From contig CP068257.2 in the NCBI GenBank assembly GCA_009914755.4, positions 6,368,001-6,432,000 of the forward strand: a DNA stretch of 64,000 bases. Reading direction: 5' to 3'. Made by a program: the position numbers and the translations under genes. This document shows, piece by piece, positions 1 through 13,189 of the stretch. Origin of the DNA: the human T2T-CHM13v2.0 reference genome, Homo sapiens. Position 1 is the first letter of the stretch; every line of letters starts with the position of its first letter. The notes beneath the pieces are model-generated. The model had not been told where the DNA came from. It searched no databases and saw nothing but the letters and a program-made list of their open reading frames with translations.

Positions 1-47
1 TAGTGCCACTACACTGCAGCCTGGGTAACAGAGCAAGACTCTGTCTC
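1..47 (+). mobile_element. Alu 3' end fragment; the window starts inside the element. It ends in ...cagcctgggtaacagagcaagactctgtctc.
   Basis: Matches the canonical Alu right-arm terminus (CAGCCTGGGCAACAGAGCGAGACTCCGTCTC), followed by an A-rich tail. Confidence 0.8.
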
Positions 48-95
48 AAAAAACAAACAAACAAACAAACAAACAAACAAAAACAGAAAGAAACA
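48..95 (+). repeat. (CAAA)n / A-rich microsatellite derived from the Alu poly-A tail
   Basis: Direct reading: aaaaacaaacaaacaaacaaacaaacaaacaaaaacagaaagaaa. Confidence 0.85.
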
Positions 96-1218
96 TGTGT
101 AGCAGAAAATTGCTGCCTGCTGGGCCTAAACTAACCCAAGATTTTTAAAAAATATATATATATATAGCAAGAGCTTACAGAACAGGCAGCACCAAGTGGG
201 AGCTGGGGGGCTTGTCTTGATGCTGCATTTGATAAATATACACAGTTTTACTCAGATTATATGTTTGCTTAGATTTGGGCTAAGATCCCCAAAGCCACCC
301 CTTGGTATTGACACTCATTAAGAAATTAAGGAAGAGATAGTACTATTGAACTATTTTCCAAAAAAAGAAAAAAAAGGACAAAAACCCAAAACAAATGGGA
401 TGTGATGTACATTTTCCATGTTATTTTATACATGAGCTATCTTTCCAATACTGAAGTTGGTTTAGCAAGAAAATAATTAAAGACGTCAATGTGCAAGCCA
501 AGAGCCAAAACCACTCTCAACAGCCCAAGGTTGTGAACGTATTTAATTTGCCGTTTCCCTGGGAAGTCATTTTTTGGATCATTGACTTAATATTATTCAG
601 TAAAACAGTGGTAGCCCCTGCCTTCCTCTGCTTGCTGCCAAGAGTATGATCCAGCTGTGGGGTCTGAAGAGTCTATGTTTATTGGATTTTAATGACTTAG
701 TTAACAAAGGTCATTCTTAAAAGTAATAGAAAACTAAGGTTGTGGAAACAGAACGGAAAAGACTGACTCGAGGGTTATTTCTATTAGTTCCTTGGTGTTG
801 TCCTTAGATACATGTTTAATCCTTAAAAGCAATTATGAAGGAGTCTTCCTCATAACCAATTTACTGATGCTATATTCAACTATACTTGTAAAATGTTATT
901 TTAACCCTCTCAGTAACAAAAGGAACAGGGCTTAAAATATGTTAGATAATATTGCCATAAACAATGTACTGGTAACATAATATTGCTGACAGTATAATTG
1001 TAATTCACTGTAATACTTGAATGCCACAACTGTAGTGCTTCCATTATCGCTGACGGTAGGAAATAACTTCAGTCTCAGGTGAAATCTGGTTGGATACAAA
1101 TCTCCAAGTTAAAAGAAACCTCAAGGATCATTTAATCTTGTCCTTTTAAATATTTAGTAACTCATTTGGTAGTAAATATTTATCCAAATTATGTTTCTTA
1201 GGCTGTTAAAGAATTTCC

Positions 1219-1362
1219 AGGCTGGGTGTGCTGGCTCACGCCTGTAATCTTAGCACTTTGGGAGGACGATGCAGGAGGATCACTTGAGGCCAGGCGTTCG
1301 GGAACAAATTGGGCAACAAAATCAGACTTTATTCAAAGTAAATAAAACTAAAAAAAAAAATT
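1219..1362 (+). mobile_element. Truncated or degenerate Alu-derived element (left-monomer-like) with a poly-A tail
   Basis: ggctgggtgtgctggctcacgcctgtaatcttagcactttgggagg... followed by a degenerate 3' part and a run of 11 A's. Confidence 0.6.
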
Positions 1363-1365
1363 AGG

Positions 1366-1664
<299 letters not shown>

Positions 1665-1834
1665 TAGCTGGGTATGGTGGCACACACCTGTAGTCACTTC
1701 TACTCGGGAGGCTCAGGTGAGAGGATTGCTTGAGCCCAAGAGTTCGGGGTGTTGTGAGCTATGATCGCACCACTATACTCCAGCCTGGGTGACAGAGGAA
1801 GACCCTGTCTCAAAAAAAACAAAACAAAAAAAAA
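1665..1834 (+). mobile_element. 5'-truncated Alu (right monomer only) inserted directly after the previous Alu's tail
   Basis: ttagctgggtatggtggcacacacctgtagtc...ccagcctgggtgacagaggaagaccctgtctc, then poly-A. Confidence 0.85.
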
Positions 1835-2508
1835 CTTGAGCTAAATGGTGATTGAATTATTTGAAATTAAATTGATGAAATCATTTAAGAATATGTGGAA
1901 AGAAAGAAATTTACAGTCATTCCTCAGGTATAAATTAAATATTTTCCACCTCAAAAATCCAATGACATGAGATATAAATGTATAGTTCACATATGTAATA
2001 CATTTCTCACATGGTTACAGAACCTTTCTGATCTGGCTCCGGTTGACTTTTCCAGCCTTATCTCATTTCTCCCCCCTCCTTCCAGCCGTTTTTTCTTCCT
2101 CCTCTCCTTAGCTACAGCTTTACTAATCTTCCTACTGTGAGCCTCAAACCCACGCTGCTCTCAGGTCTCAGGGCCTATGTACAAGTAATTCCCACTGCCT
2201 GGAATCCCTTGCCCTCATTCTTTGTTGGGTCATTCTGCAGACCCAGTACTACTTCCTCTTGGGAGCCTTTGTCCATCTCCTCTTCCCCCAATCTCCGAAC
2301 CCCACCAAGACCTCAGTAGTTCTTGAGCAAGCCTCTGCTTAGTTTTCCTGGGATGACCAAAACTAACACTGTCTGATCCGTTGTTCAATCCCCAATCCCT
2401 AGAACAGAGCTGCAACATAACAGGCACTCTAAATGAATGAATGGATAAAGACAGCACTGAATAACTTCAAATTATAGTTTACACATGTAAACAGTAACAT
2501 AAATCTGA

Positions 2509-2920
<412 letters not shown>

Positions 2921-3729
2921 TAAAACAAAAATTTTAGCGTTGTCGTATGCTAAATTTCTTTTACTAGGTTAAAAAAATGTAGAATCCAAAGAGCTGTAAA
3001 TGCAAATAACAAATACTGTACAAAATTTATCAAGCAACTATAAGTCACAACTTGCAAGTTTTCTCCTCAGCAAATGAGTTAAAAAGAAAAGTATTTGAAA
3101 CTTTCTTGGTAGAAAACGAATGACCTTTAAAAATGCCAACATTTTCCCCAGAGAGTAGATTTGGTCTGAGTTCTTCATTTCTGAAATTGTACAAGATAAG
3201 ACCGCTTGGTTTGGAAGTCAAACTGCATCCTTCTAAAAAGGTTTTAGATATTTTAAGTCTCCATACAAAACACTCCCCTTATTTTCAGAACAAAAGGAAC
3301 AATAAGACAGCTTAGGCGGGGCAGAGAAAGAAAGGCCTTGAAACAAAGTCCCTGGAAAGGTAAAAACAACAACAAAAATAGTACGTTAGAGCTTGTGTTA
3401 GATCTGATAACTCAAAACTGCACAACTTTTGCCATACATCAAAAGCAACATGGGAAAACAGAAAAAGAGATCACAAACACTTTTTGAGTGTCCTAACTTG
3501 TAGAACCCCTAAGAATGAAACAAATACACTTGGACAAAGCTCTTTTTTTCTCTCTCTCCTTCAAGTCTCACACTAGGGGTGTGGGGCGGGGGACAGGGAG
3601 TAAGATGGGGTCTCTAATAAATACAAAACCCAGCCTCAGACGTGTTTAATTGCTGGCATTTTAGAAGAAAAATGGGCTACTTACAATTAATGAACCAAAC
3701 TACCAAACTAAAATCATGAGTAGGAGGAG

Positions 3730-4960
3730 GAGTAAATGGAACTGTCTGGGCGAAGTTTCAGAAAGCGCAAGCTGGGGTCGCTGCGCCCTCCCCCACCCAT
3801 ACCTCGGGGCTCTCCAGTCGCTCCCGGCCCCCAGCGCGGACTTTCGGGCGCCGGCGGCCCAACCATACAGAGTTGGCAGGATGTAGCCCCCTTCTCCCCT
3901 CTCCAAGAGAGAAAAGTGCGAGGAGACGCAAACCGTATTTCCGTGTCCGAGCGCTGAAACCTGCGGAGTCGCACGCGGGGCGCCCACACTCGTTCCCAGG
4001 GAGCCCCAGCCCGGTCGCCCGCCCCGGTCACAGCTCCAGCCCCGGCCTCCCTTACTCTGGGGCTCCATGATCGGCTGCTCCCCGCCCTCCGCGGGCGAAC
4101 GCCCGGGCTCCTAACGCCTCTCAGCCAGGGCCGGCGTCCCTACGGTTGCCCTGACAACCCGGAGGCAGAGTGGGCAGAACCAGAGGGATGGCGAGCGGGA
4201 GGGACCAAAAGCCGCAGGAAGTGAGGGAGCGCGTGAGGATCCGCGCGTCGCTGGGGACACTGAGCGACGGTAGCGGCCAGGTCACCGGCTGAGGACACTG
4301 CCTGTGAAGCCCGGTCAGGTGGTCGCGCCCTCCCTGGCGGCCCCCGCGGCCCCGCAGGACCTGTGCCCCGACTTCGCCGACCCACGGCGTCCGTTGGGCG
4401 AGTGGGCCTGCCCGCGGGTAAGGCGCCGGCCCTGGGCCGCCCTCCCGGGACTCGGGAGGCGCCGCTGCAGGTAACAGCTGGGCCCCGGCGGCGGAAGGGG
4501 TCGGGGGTCGGCGCAGGGGCGGGCGCGCCCCGAGCCGGGTGGGCGGACCCGGCGCACCTGTTGTAGCCACCTGGGGGTCCCCTGCCCGCAGTTGGCCGTG
4601 GACATTCCCTGCCCCGACTCTGAAACGCCGAGGGCGGCCTCCGCGCCCTCTGCTCCGGGAGCCACGCCTCAGCGAGAGGACGGAGCCCTGCTGGCAGGCC
4701 TCGCACCAGGGGCTCCCTCCGAGCCCGGGCATGGGCCGGGCCTGGGGTGGTCCCTAGAGCCCCCCTGACGGGAAGCGTGGAGCAATGCGAGCCGCTGCCA
4801 TCGTCGCTGTCGTCCCCAGTGAGCTGGGAGCGCCTCCTGAATCGCGAGAGCCAGGAGCACGGCTTTGCCCGGCTTTGCCCGGCTTTGCCCCGTCATCCCC
4901 GTGTCCCATTTCAGGCAGGGGGCCCAGGTTGGATCTTTCTCACTGGCTTCGTTTTGTGTG
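3730..4960. promoter_or_regulatory. CpG island (about 1.2 kb, very GC- and CpG-rich): presumptive gene promoter/first-exon region, possibly bidirectional
   Basis: Dense CG dinucleotides, e.g. gcgcgtcgctgg, ccccgcggccccgcagg, cggcgcaggggcgggcgcgccccgagccggg. Flanking sequence is AT-rich and CpG-poor. GC-box-like motifs (ggggcggg) are present. Confidence 0.8.
4861..4890. repeat. Perfect tandem repeat (GGCTTTGCCC)x3 inside the CpG island
   Basis: Direct reading: ggctttgcccggctttgcccggctttgccc. Confidence 0.95.
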
Positions 4961-7163
4961 TGTTGATTTGTTTCAGTCCTTCGCGTTTCCAGTTGAGTTA
5001 TGGAATCTGCCCACACGTTTTGTGGCCAAACTTTGTAGGGCTGTGAAACAATGTAACATTATCCCACACAATAGTCTTTCATACTGGTTTTAAAACACAG
5101 TGATGCAGGGTTTGCTTTAAGGAAGCTTTGAGGATCACAAGGGATTATTATCTGGTAGGTTGTAAAAATTCAAACAACCGGCAGAGTATCATAGGTTCTG
5201 GAACACCGGAAGGAGGAAAGAAAAATGGAGAGGACAGAAAAAGGATAAGCAAGAAAGTGCAGGGGCATTAAGGGTGTGGGGGGCTGCAGGATTGATTTGG
5301 TACTCAGGTCTGGAGATTATGGCCCCTCTATTAGTTCCAACCGCTGCTCCAGACAGTACTTGAGGGAAATGGAAGGAAGAGCCGTTATGGGGGTCATGCA
5401 AGTGATTAATAATCTTGCCAGTATAAAGATTTCCACTCCATGGATGACAAGGACACTAAGGAGAATTACTTTCCTCTTAGAAAGGGAATCATTGAGAGGT
5501 TAATTGAACTTGAGAAGCATATATTCTGTGATGGAAACTGACATATATTATATTCTTCCAAATTAGCTCTTCCCCCTCTTAGACTATATGGGGACTTTTT
5601 CAGATTAATTGTCAAAACAAGAAGGTTTATGTGTGGATATTGACAAGCAGCGTGATATATACAGAACACATAATTCTTAAGCTGAAGTATTAAGGTAATA
5701 ATTTGAGGGTGGAAAGTAAACACTTCATGGAACCTTAACTCCCTGTTCCTGAAATTTGGAGACAGGGCTTCATTTTTAGACAGAAAGTATCTAAAGATCA
5801 GCAGTACTTCTGTATCCAGTGGTTCTCAAGTTCTAGTTTACATATCATTAGCAAAATCACAAATCGGTCTTTTCATTCAAGATACAAATAGAGTGATCAG
5901 TATATCATAATCAAAAGTGACAAGATATTGATTTAAAAAACACCTGGCATTTATTGACAAAAGAAAAGGTAAGATTAAGTCTGCTCAAACAGTAAAGGAT
6001 TAGCATTAGTATTTTTTTAAAAAGAAGAAACAACAGTGCAGGTCTCTATATTAAAGTAGTAAGGACTGAAGAAATTTTAAGTTTGTAAAAAATGGGGATA
6101 TGTATTGGTGAAACACTTTGTAATCATATAGAATGATTATTTTATCAGCAGCTGTGAAGTTGACTTCGAGGAAATTTTGAATTGAAATACTTTAGGTGAC
6201 AAGTAAAGGCAACTGTTAAAAGCAACATTTGATTTTAGGGGACAGGGTACCTGTGGAAGAAGACTGGTTAGGAGTGGAAGTGAGGCGTAAAAGCACTGAA
6301 ATGTCTGAGGCAGGGACAATATTCAGTTTCTGTTCCTCTATCACCTAGTGCAATGTACTTGTTAAACGTTTTTGAATGAGTGAGAAGGGCTTTAGAGAAA
6401 TTGTTTGGATATAGGGATACACATTACTATTGGAAAAAACACCCGAGATCAGAAAGTTGCTAATGAGATAGGGGTGGGGGATGAATGGTAAAGACACTGA
6501 TTGTACCTTTTTGGAGTTTTCTACCATTGTGTTTTATTTCTTTTCACCAGCATGTTCAGTATGTTATTAGTGGTCAAATGAAAAGGAATAAAGTTCTATG
6601 TATATTTTTTTAAGTCTCCAAGCTCATTACTAGATAGAATAGTTACATTATTGTTTACTTTGCTGGTGTTAAGCTAAATGTAGCAAACTGAAGCATTATG
6701 GATAGGGAATAACAAAGTAACAATGAAGAAACAGATGTTGTCTTTTTTCTTATTTAAATCTCTTGACTATTTCAGAATTCAAAGTAGAAATAACTTTAGT
6801 GGGAGGTTAACATTATTTAATGCAAATAGGTTGATATAAATATAGCAAATGAGCATGCTATTAATAGTTCTGTCTTCTAGCCTTACTGTGGTAAGTTGAA
6901 GGAAGTTTTCATTTTTGTTTTTGTTGGTTTTAGGGTTTTTGTTGGTTTTTGTTTTCTTTTCCAGAGTCAGGGTACTTTTTTCTCTATCTGATACTTTCTG
7001 AAACTCTTAAGGAGTTCGGTCAAAGGTGGAAAACAATCAAATTTCTATTTTTGGTGTTTTCCTCTTTATTCTCCAAACTTGTCATGGTCTACATTCAATT
7101 TGTTGCACTCACATGGAATGTCTATCTCTCAGCCGTTTACTCATCCACAGTCTAAAGGAGACT

Positions 7164-7545
<382 letters not shown>

Positions 7546-9149
7546 TCAGGATTAGGCTAATGCCCACTAAATGCACTTCTCTCTCCTACTGGGGGTGCTA
7601 CACGGTTTAGCATTTAGCTCTGTAGGATATTTTCCTATAGAATTTTATCTCATATGGTTGGATCTTGTACCTCTGACTAGATTAAATATGTTTGGAGCTA
7701 AGTGCATGACTTACGCTTCTTCTGTGTTGCTTTTAGCACACGGTGGGCTTCATTGTGTACCTGATAATTTAAGTAGGGTAATAATAGAGAGGTCAAACCT
7801 TTAGTTTGGGGTCATTGCATTGATTTCTAGCTTTGCCCCTTTGGAAAAACAGAAGCTATTATTTTGTCATTGATAACTTGGGATAATAAAACCTGCAATG
7901 GTTGTCCGATAGTCTAGTTGCGAGAATCAAGATAAATGTTATTATAGATTATGAATGAAAATATCTTGTATGTCGTAATGAACTTTTTTAATATAAAAGG
8001 CTGTTATTGACTTAGGCATAGAGCAGACATTGATACCACATTCACAATGTGTTAGGTACTTCCTGAGCTCTGGAATTGCATGTCATAAAGGGTGAACAGG
8101 AAATGACCAGGTGCTTCTGAAGCAGAACAGCCTGGGCTGAGGCACGAAGGCTGGGAGAACAAGCAAGCCTTGGTTTATTGTGGCTGAACTGGAGAATACT
8201 TCTTCACGTGTATTAGCAGAAAATGGGAGGAAGTAAGGCCAGAAAGGCAAATGTGGGCCAAATCAGAAGGAACCTAAGGACCATGAGTTTATTTTCCTTA
8301 AAGGTAATAAGGAGGATTTGGGTCAGTGACTGGATCAGTTTTGCATTTGGAAAGGATCACTGGCAACACTCAAATGACAGATTGGTAGAGAGCTTAAATG
8401 AGAGACCAAAAAATTGGAGATGTTGTTGAAGCTCAGTGAAGAAATGAAGAGAACTAGGAGAGCGATGGTGGGAATAAGAAGGAGGGGCCACGAAAAAAGG
8501 TAGAATTGGCAGATCTTGGTGATACAGGAGATGAGGAAGGAGAAGCCAGGGATGACAGTGGGGTGATAGAGTGGATTGTTCTGTTATTCATTGAACTCTA
8601 AAGAAGAAAAAAAAATTGAGGAGTTTAAGAAGTGGGGTAGATGTGTTCAGTTTGAGAAGCCTGTCATATATGTTGGGAGGTCCCATAAGTAGTTGGACAT
8701 GTGGGTCTGGAACTAAAGGGAAAAAGTCTGAGATGAAGATAGAAATTTGGATTAAGCATTTAGTGATTGAAGTTAAAATGTGATTATTTTCTCCAGGGAT
8801 ATTATGTGGAATAAGAGGGTAAAGGATAGAGCCCTGAAGTATGCACATTTTACGTTGTGGGGAGGGGCTGATGGTGGAAGAACCCGCGGAGACTAAAGAC
8901 GAGTGTTCAGAAAAGGGAACTGAAAATCTGGGAGGATTAATGGAAGAGTGCCTACTCCTGAGGAGTTCATGCATTGGCATTCCCCAAAATGATTATATTT
9001 TCCTCTAGTCACCATAGAACGCACAACACAGTTCATCTATTATTGTTTTATTAAAGTTCATGTAAAATGACTACCCATTACTTTGTTAACAACAGAAATC
9101 TTCATATTTATGTTTAAAAATATTTTTGAAACATTTTTAAACAGATTTT

Positions 9150-9257
9150 TTAGATACAGAGTATTGCTATGTTGCCTACGCTGGTCTGGAACTCCTGGGC
9201 TCCTCCAGCCTCAGCCTTCCAAAGTGTTGGGATTCCAGGCATGAGCCACTGTGCCTG
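9150..9257 (-). mobile_element. Alu left-monomer fragment, reverse orientation
   Basis: gatacagagtattgctatgttgcctacgctggtctggaactcctgggctcctccagcctcagccttccaaagtgttgggattccaggcatgagccactgtgcctg. Confidence 0.75.
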
Positions 9258-9360
9258 TGTCTATTTATGGATTTTTTTGTCTACATTTGGGACAACAAAT
9301 CAAGTAAAATGTAACTTTAGAAGTTGATTATGATTATGCCTCAAGCAAATACTTAAAAAA

Positions 9361-9378
9361 AAAGAGAGAGAGAGAGAT
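9361..9378. repeat. (GA)n microsatellite
   Basis: aaagagagagagagagatgg. Confidence 0.8.
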
Positions 9379-9763
9379 GGATAAAAGTTAATTTTGTGTA
9401 TATCTCAGGTAAACTATGTTAACTTGGGGAGACCAGCAGTAACCTGTTCTTTAAATCTCAGCTTTTATTGAATCTCACACAAAATTTTTCTCAGATATGT
9501 CACTAGACTACTTAAATAAGCCAGATTAGTATTTTTGCATACTTTATTAACTCTGCTTCTACTCAAAGTAAATTAGTTTTTGGAATGGAATGCAGTCAAA
9601 AAATCATCAAAATAATATCACAAAGCACTGAGTGGTCCAGTCTTTTGAACTTCTGACAATACCTTTGACTTAGAAACTTATTTGTGGGGAGTGGTATATT
9701 AATACTCTACATAAACATTGATTGAGCTTGGGGGGACTTTCTGTAGATACATTTAAAAATATG

Positions 9764-9890
9764 TTTTTTAGTAGAGACAGGGTCTCACTGTGTTGCCCAG
9801 GCTAGTCTCTAACTCCTGGGCTCAAATTATCCTCCCCACTTGGCCTCCCAAAAGGATTGGATTACAGGCATAAAGCCACTGCCCCAAGCC
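9764..9890 (-). mobile_element. Alu-family monomer fragment (FLAM/FAM-like, older and diverged), reverse orientation
   Basis: ttttttagtagagacagggtctcactgtgttgcccaggctagtctctaactcctgggctcaaattatcctccccacttggcctcccaaaaggattggattacaggcataaagccactgcc. Confidence 0.7.
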
Positions 9891-10000
9891 TAAAATTTTT
9901 TAAAGTACCATTAGAATGTAAGGATTCTTTTTAAAAAATTTGATTGTGCAGGGTTGGTTATTCAACCAGTATGCAATACAATACTCAATACTGTATATTC

Positions 10001-10065
10001 ATCACTTCTCGGCCTTTTGGCTAAGATCAACTGTAGTATCTGTTGTTATTAATATAATATTTTAT
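10001..10065 (+). pseudogene. U2 snRNA-derived pseudogene fragment (5' part only, diverged)
   Basis: atcacttctcggccttttggctaagatcaactgtagtatctgttgttatt... against the U2 snRNA 5' end ATCGCTTCTCGGCCTTTTGGCTAAGATCAAGTGTAGTATCTGTTCTTATC. Similarity decays after about 50 nt. Confidence 0.55.
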
Positions 10066-11615
10066 ATTCAACCAATTGTCAATACAAGGCTGGTTGTATC
10101 TCATATGAACCAACATTGAGTTAAAAATGGACCTTTTTTATTTTTAAAAAGCTAATTAACTAGATTTGCTTACTTAAAATCAAAGCAATCAACTCGTTAC
10201 AAGTCTAGAAATAAGGATTTTAAAATAAATTTTGAATTTTGACCTTATCTTTTCCCAGAAAGACTTTAAATTGATACTGGAAACCAAATAGGATATATTT
10301 TTGGGAGATTTGAGGCTATTAAAACAAAGGCAAACACAGAAGTGACCTTCTAAAAGTCCTAGTAATGATTAGGTCCATTGTTTCAATTAAAGCATACCGT
10401 GCTTGAGAGATAAAGTGTATTAAATATTTGACTGTAACTTTGTATTAGAAATATGTTTTTCAAATCTATAAAAAGATTTACAAATCTATCTTTACCATGT
10501 TTTTTAGTTTTATGGTATTTCTTCCAGACCTCTCTTCCTGACATCTCCATTAGTGTCAAGTATTTCTTCAACCCCCAGTGATTCAACGTGAGCCTATTTT
10601 TTAAAATGTAGTCTGGAAGCAATATATAACATAGTCAGGAAGCAGTATGGATATATGGTTAAGCATATACACTATACACTTAACTGGGGTTAAGCAGAGA
10701 TCATACTCCCTGACTTTAAGCACCTGCCCTACCACAGATGATCTTCTAGAAGCTGTTTAAATTAAACCTCTGAAGGTTTACATTTCCTCATTTGAAAAAT
10801 GGAAATAATAAAGTAAACCCTCATGAGGTCCTTAAGAGTTTAAATGAAATAATCCATATAAAGTGCTTAAGTGCTGAACATAGCATCTGGTGTGCAATAA
10901 TCATTCTATAAATGCTAATTGGTAAAATTATCATCATTGTTGTTGTTAGTCCATATATAGTAGTAGCATGGAACCAGGATTCTGAAAAGTGTGGCCTGCA
11001 GATCAGGGCCAGTGCAGACTTACTGGTTTGCAGTGAGATCCAGAGCTTGTGCCAGAATGTAAATAGGCGATGTCACTAAACATACTGATTACTGTTCAGC
11101 TGACTTTTTAAAAATAGCAAGACCTCTTCAGTGTAGGAAGCAGTTAGTTGATTTACATTCTGGTGCAAGCTCTTTACCTTGCCACAAACCAGCAGCAGAG
11201 TTGACGTGGAGTATTGGACCGATGATCCCACTCTCCAAAAAATAATAGTCCTTTATTCTGAAGACGTTATTATTCACTCATAATACCTCATTAACTTTCT
11301 TTTTTTCTAAACATTGTAATAATAGATTATAAGTATATTGTTTATGAGTTCAGCAGATATTTACTGATCACATAGTTTGTGTACAGACCTGTATCTTATT
11401 TTGCAGGAGTTGCAAAGCTGGCTCAGAAATTAATCTTGCCTTTAAGAAGTCTACCATAAACCCGCAAGAGGAAATAAGTGAAAATCTAAATAAATGTGTT
11501 GAATATATGCAGTGAGTGTTTGCAATAGTGTTATAGCTTGGTTCCAAAGATTTCAATATAGACGGATGTTTCCTTTTGCTGAGCTTCTACCACAATAGGA
11601 CAGAATTAATTATCT

Positions 11616-11914
<299 letters not shown>

Positions 11915-12252
11915 TAACTTTTACTTTTTCAGCATTATGCTATCACAATAAAGTTCAGCGTTTGCTTTATTAAGATAGTATTTGAATCTTCTAGGAGATT
12001 CAGAAACCTGCAGTACTAGGGAAATTTCAGTTTTAGATATAAAAACAAAATTATAACTTTTAAAGATTTGTATTGTAGAAGATTATCCTTAAGTGTTTTT
12101 TAAACTACTAATTTACTATTTCACCCTTCATGCAAATATATGAATTATAAATGATTGATTGTTCCATAGAATATGAAGAGACATTAAATAAATATTAAAA
12201 TATTTATAAAGTTTTGGTTAAAATGAGCACAATTTCTTCTCGAAAAAATTCA

Positions 12253-12467
12253 CTGCCAGCCTGGGCAACATAGGGAGACACTGTCTCTACAAAAATAAAA
12301 AAATAAAAATTAGCCAGGCATGGTGGTGTGTTCGTATAGTCCCACTACTGGAGAGACTGAGTCAGGATGATCAATTGAGCCCAGAAGTTGGAGGCTGCAG
12401 TGAGCTATGATCATGCCACTGCATTCCAGCCTGGGCGATGGAGTAAGACCTTGTCTTTAAAAAAAAA
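12253..12467 (+). mobile_element. 5'-truncated Alu, starting in the left monomer, with poly-A
   Basis: cagcctgggcaacatagggagacactgtctctacaaaaataaaaaaataaaaattagccaggcatggtggtg ... cattccagcctgggcgatggagtaagaccttgtcttt, then a run of A's. Confidence 0.85.
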
Positions 12468-12897
12468 TGCATTGCTCAAACAGAAAATGTTGAAACAAAT
12501 TCTGGAGTAATATAAACATAATAATTTTTAAAAGGCAAGGTGTGTATATTTTACATATAAATATGTATATTTTATAGTATAGGGTTTACAAACTATGAGT
12601 CAGATCATGAGACAGATTTATTTTTGCAGACTAATTTACTGTTGAGAGGGCTTAGGGAAAAAAGGAAAATAATGCAAAATGTTCAAGTCCAGAAATGTTA
12701 TTTCATTTTTAATATTTCTTAGAATGTTTTGCGTGGAAGTGGATGTATTGGTTTCTCTTATTGCCATGCTTGGTGCACCTGCTCGTAATCACTTTTGTTG
12801 TGCCTTTTGCCATAAATTGTTACCTAATCTCACTAATGACTTTAAGAAAATTGAAGGTGGGTGTTAGAAAGATTATAGGTAATATTAAAGAATATAA

Positions 12898-13030
12898 GGC
12901 AGGCATGGTGGTGTGTACCTGTAGTTCCAGCTACTCGGAAAGCTAAGGCAGCAGGATCACTTGAGCCCAGGAGTTGAATACAGCCTGGGCAACATAGACT
13001 CTGTCCCTATTTCTAAAATTAAAAAAAAAA
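12898..13030 (+). mobile_element. Alu right-monomer fragment with poly-A
   Basis: ggcaggcatggtggtgtgtacctgtagttccagctactcggaaagctaaggcagcaggatcacttgagcccaggagttgaatacagcctgggcaacatag..., then a run of A's. Confidence 0.8.
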
Positions 13031-13189
13031 TACACACACAAACACTTACAATGTAAAATAAAGAAAAGAGAGTAACCCGAAATTTAAGAGGAGAATTATG
13101 AGGAAAAACAGAGTAAAAAATGAAATTTGGATCAAGAAATGACTAGGTAAGTTAGACCCATGGCACTGTAATCACAACTTTTTTACCAT

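Noticed and set aside
150-170. (TA)n run atatatatatatatat
   Set aside because: Only about 8 units. It is real but trivial and not worth a feature call beyond noting it as a microsatellite.
3700-5100. GC-rich ORFs on both strands in the CpG island (e.g. 4121-4732 - at 203 aa, 4140-4706 - at 188 aa, 4747-5046 +, 4785-5093 +), rich in Pro, Arg, Gly and Ala
   Set aside because: This is typical stop-codon depletion in GC-rich DNA. Overlapping ORFs in several frames on both strands and a low-complexity P/R/G composition argue against real coding sequence. A eukaryotic first exon here would be short and spliced. No ORF can be called a CDS from sequence alone.
5100-6900. A possible L1 or LTR fragment in the AT-rich stretch 5.1-6.9 kb
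   Set aside because: No recognisable L1 ORF2 or 3'UTR, or LTR terminal, motifs that I can match from memory. Classification cannot be supported without RepeatMasker.
8588-8980. 130-aa minus-strand ORF in unique DNA, and other ORFs of 60-140 aa between 5 and 15.9 kb
   Set aside because: Several overlap Alu elements, e.g. 15309-15722 - spans an Alu. The others sit in AT-rich intronic-like sequence with no splice-site or Kozak support. This is chance-ORF length for human noncoding DNA.
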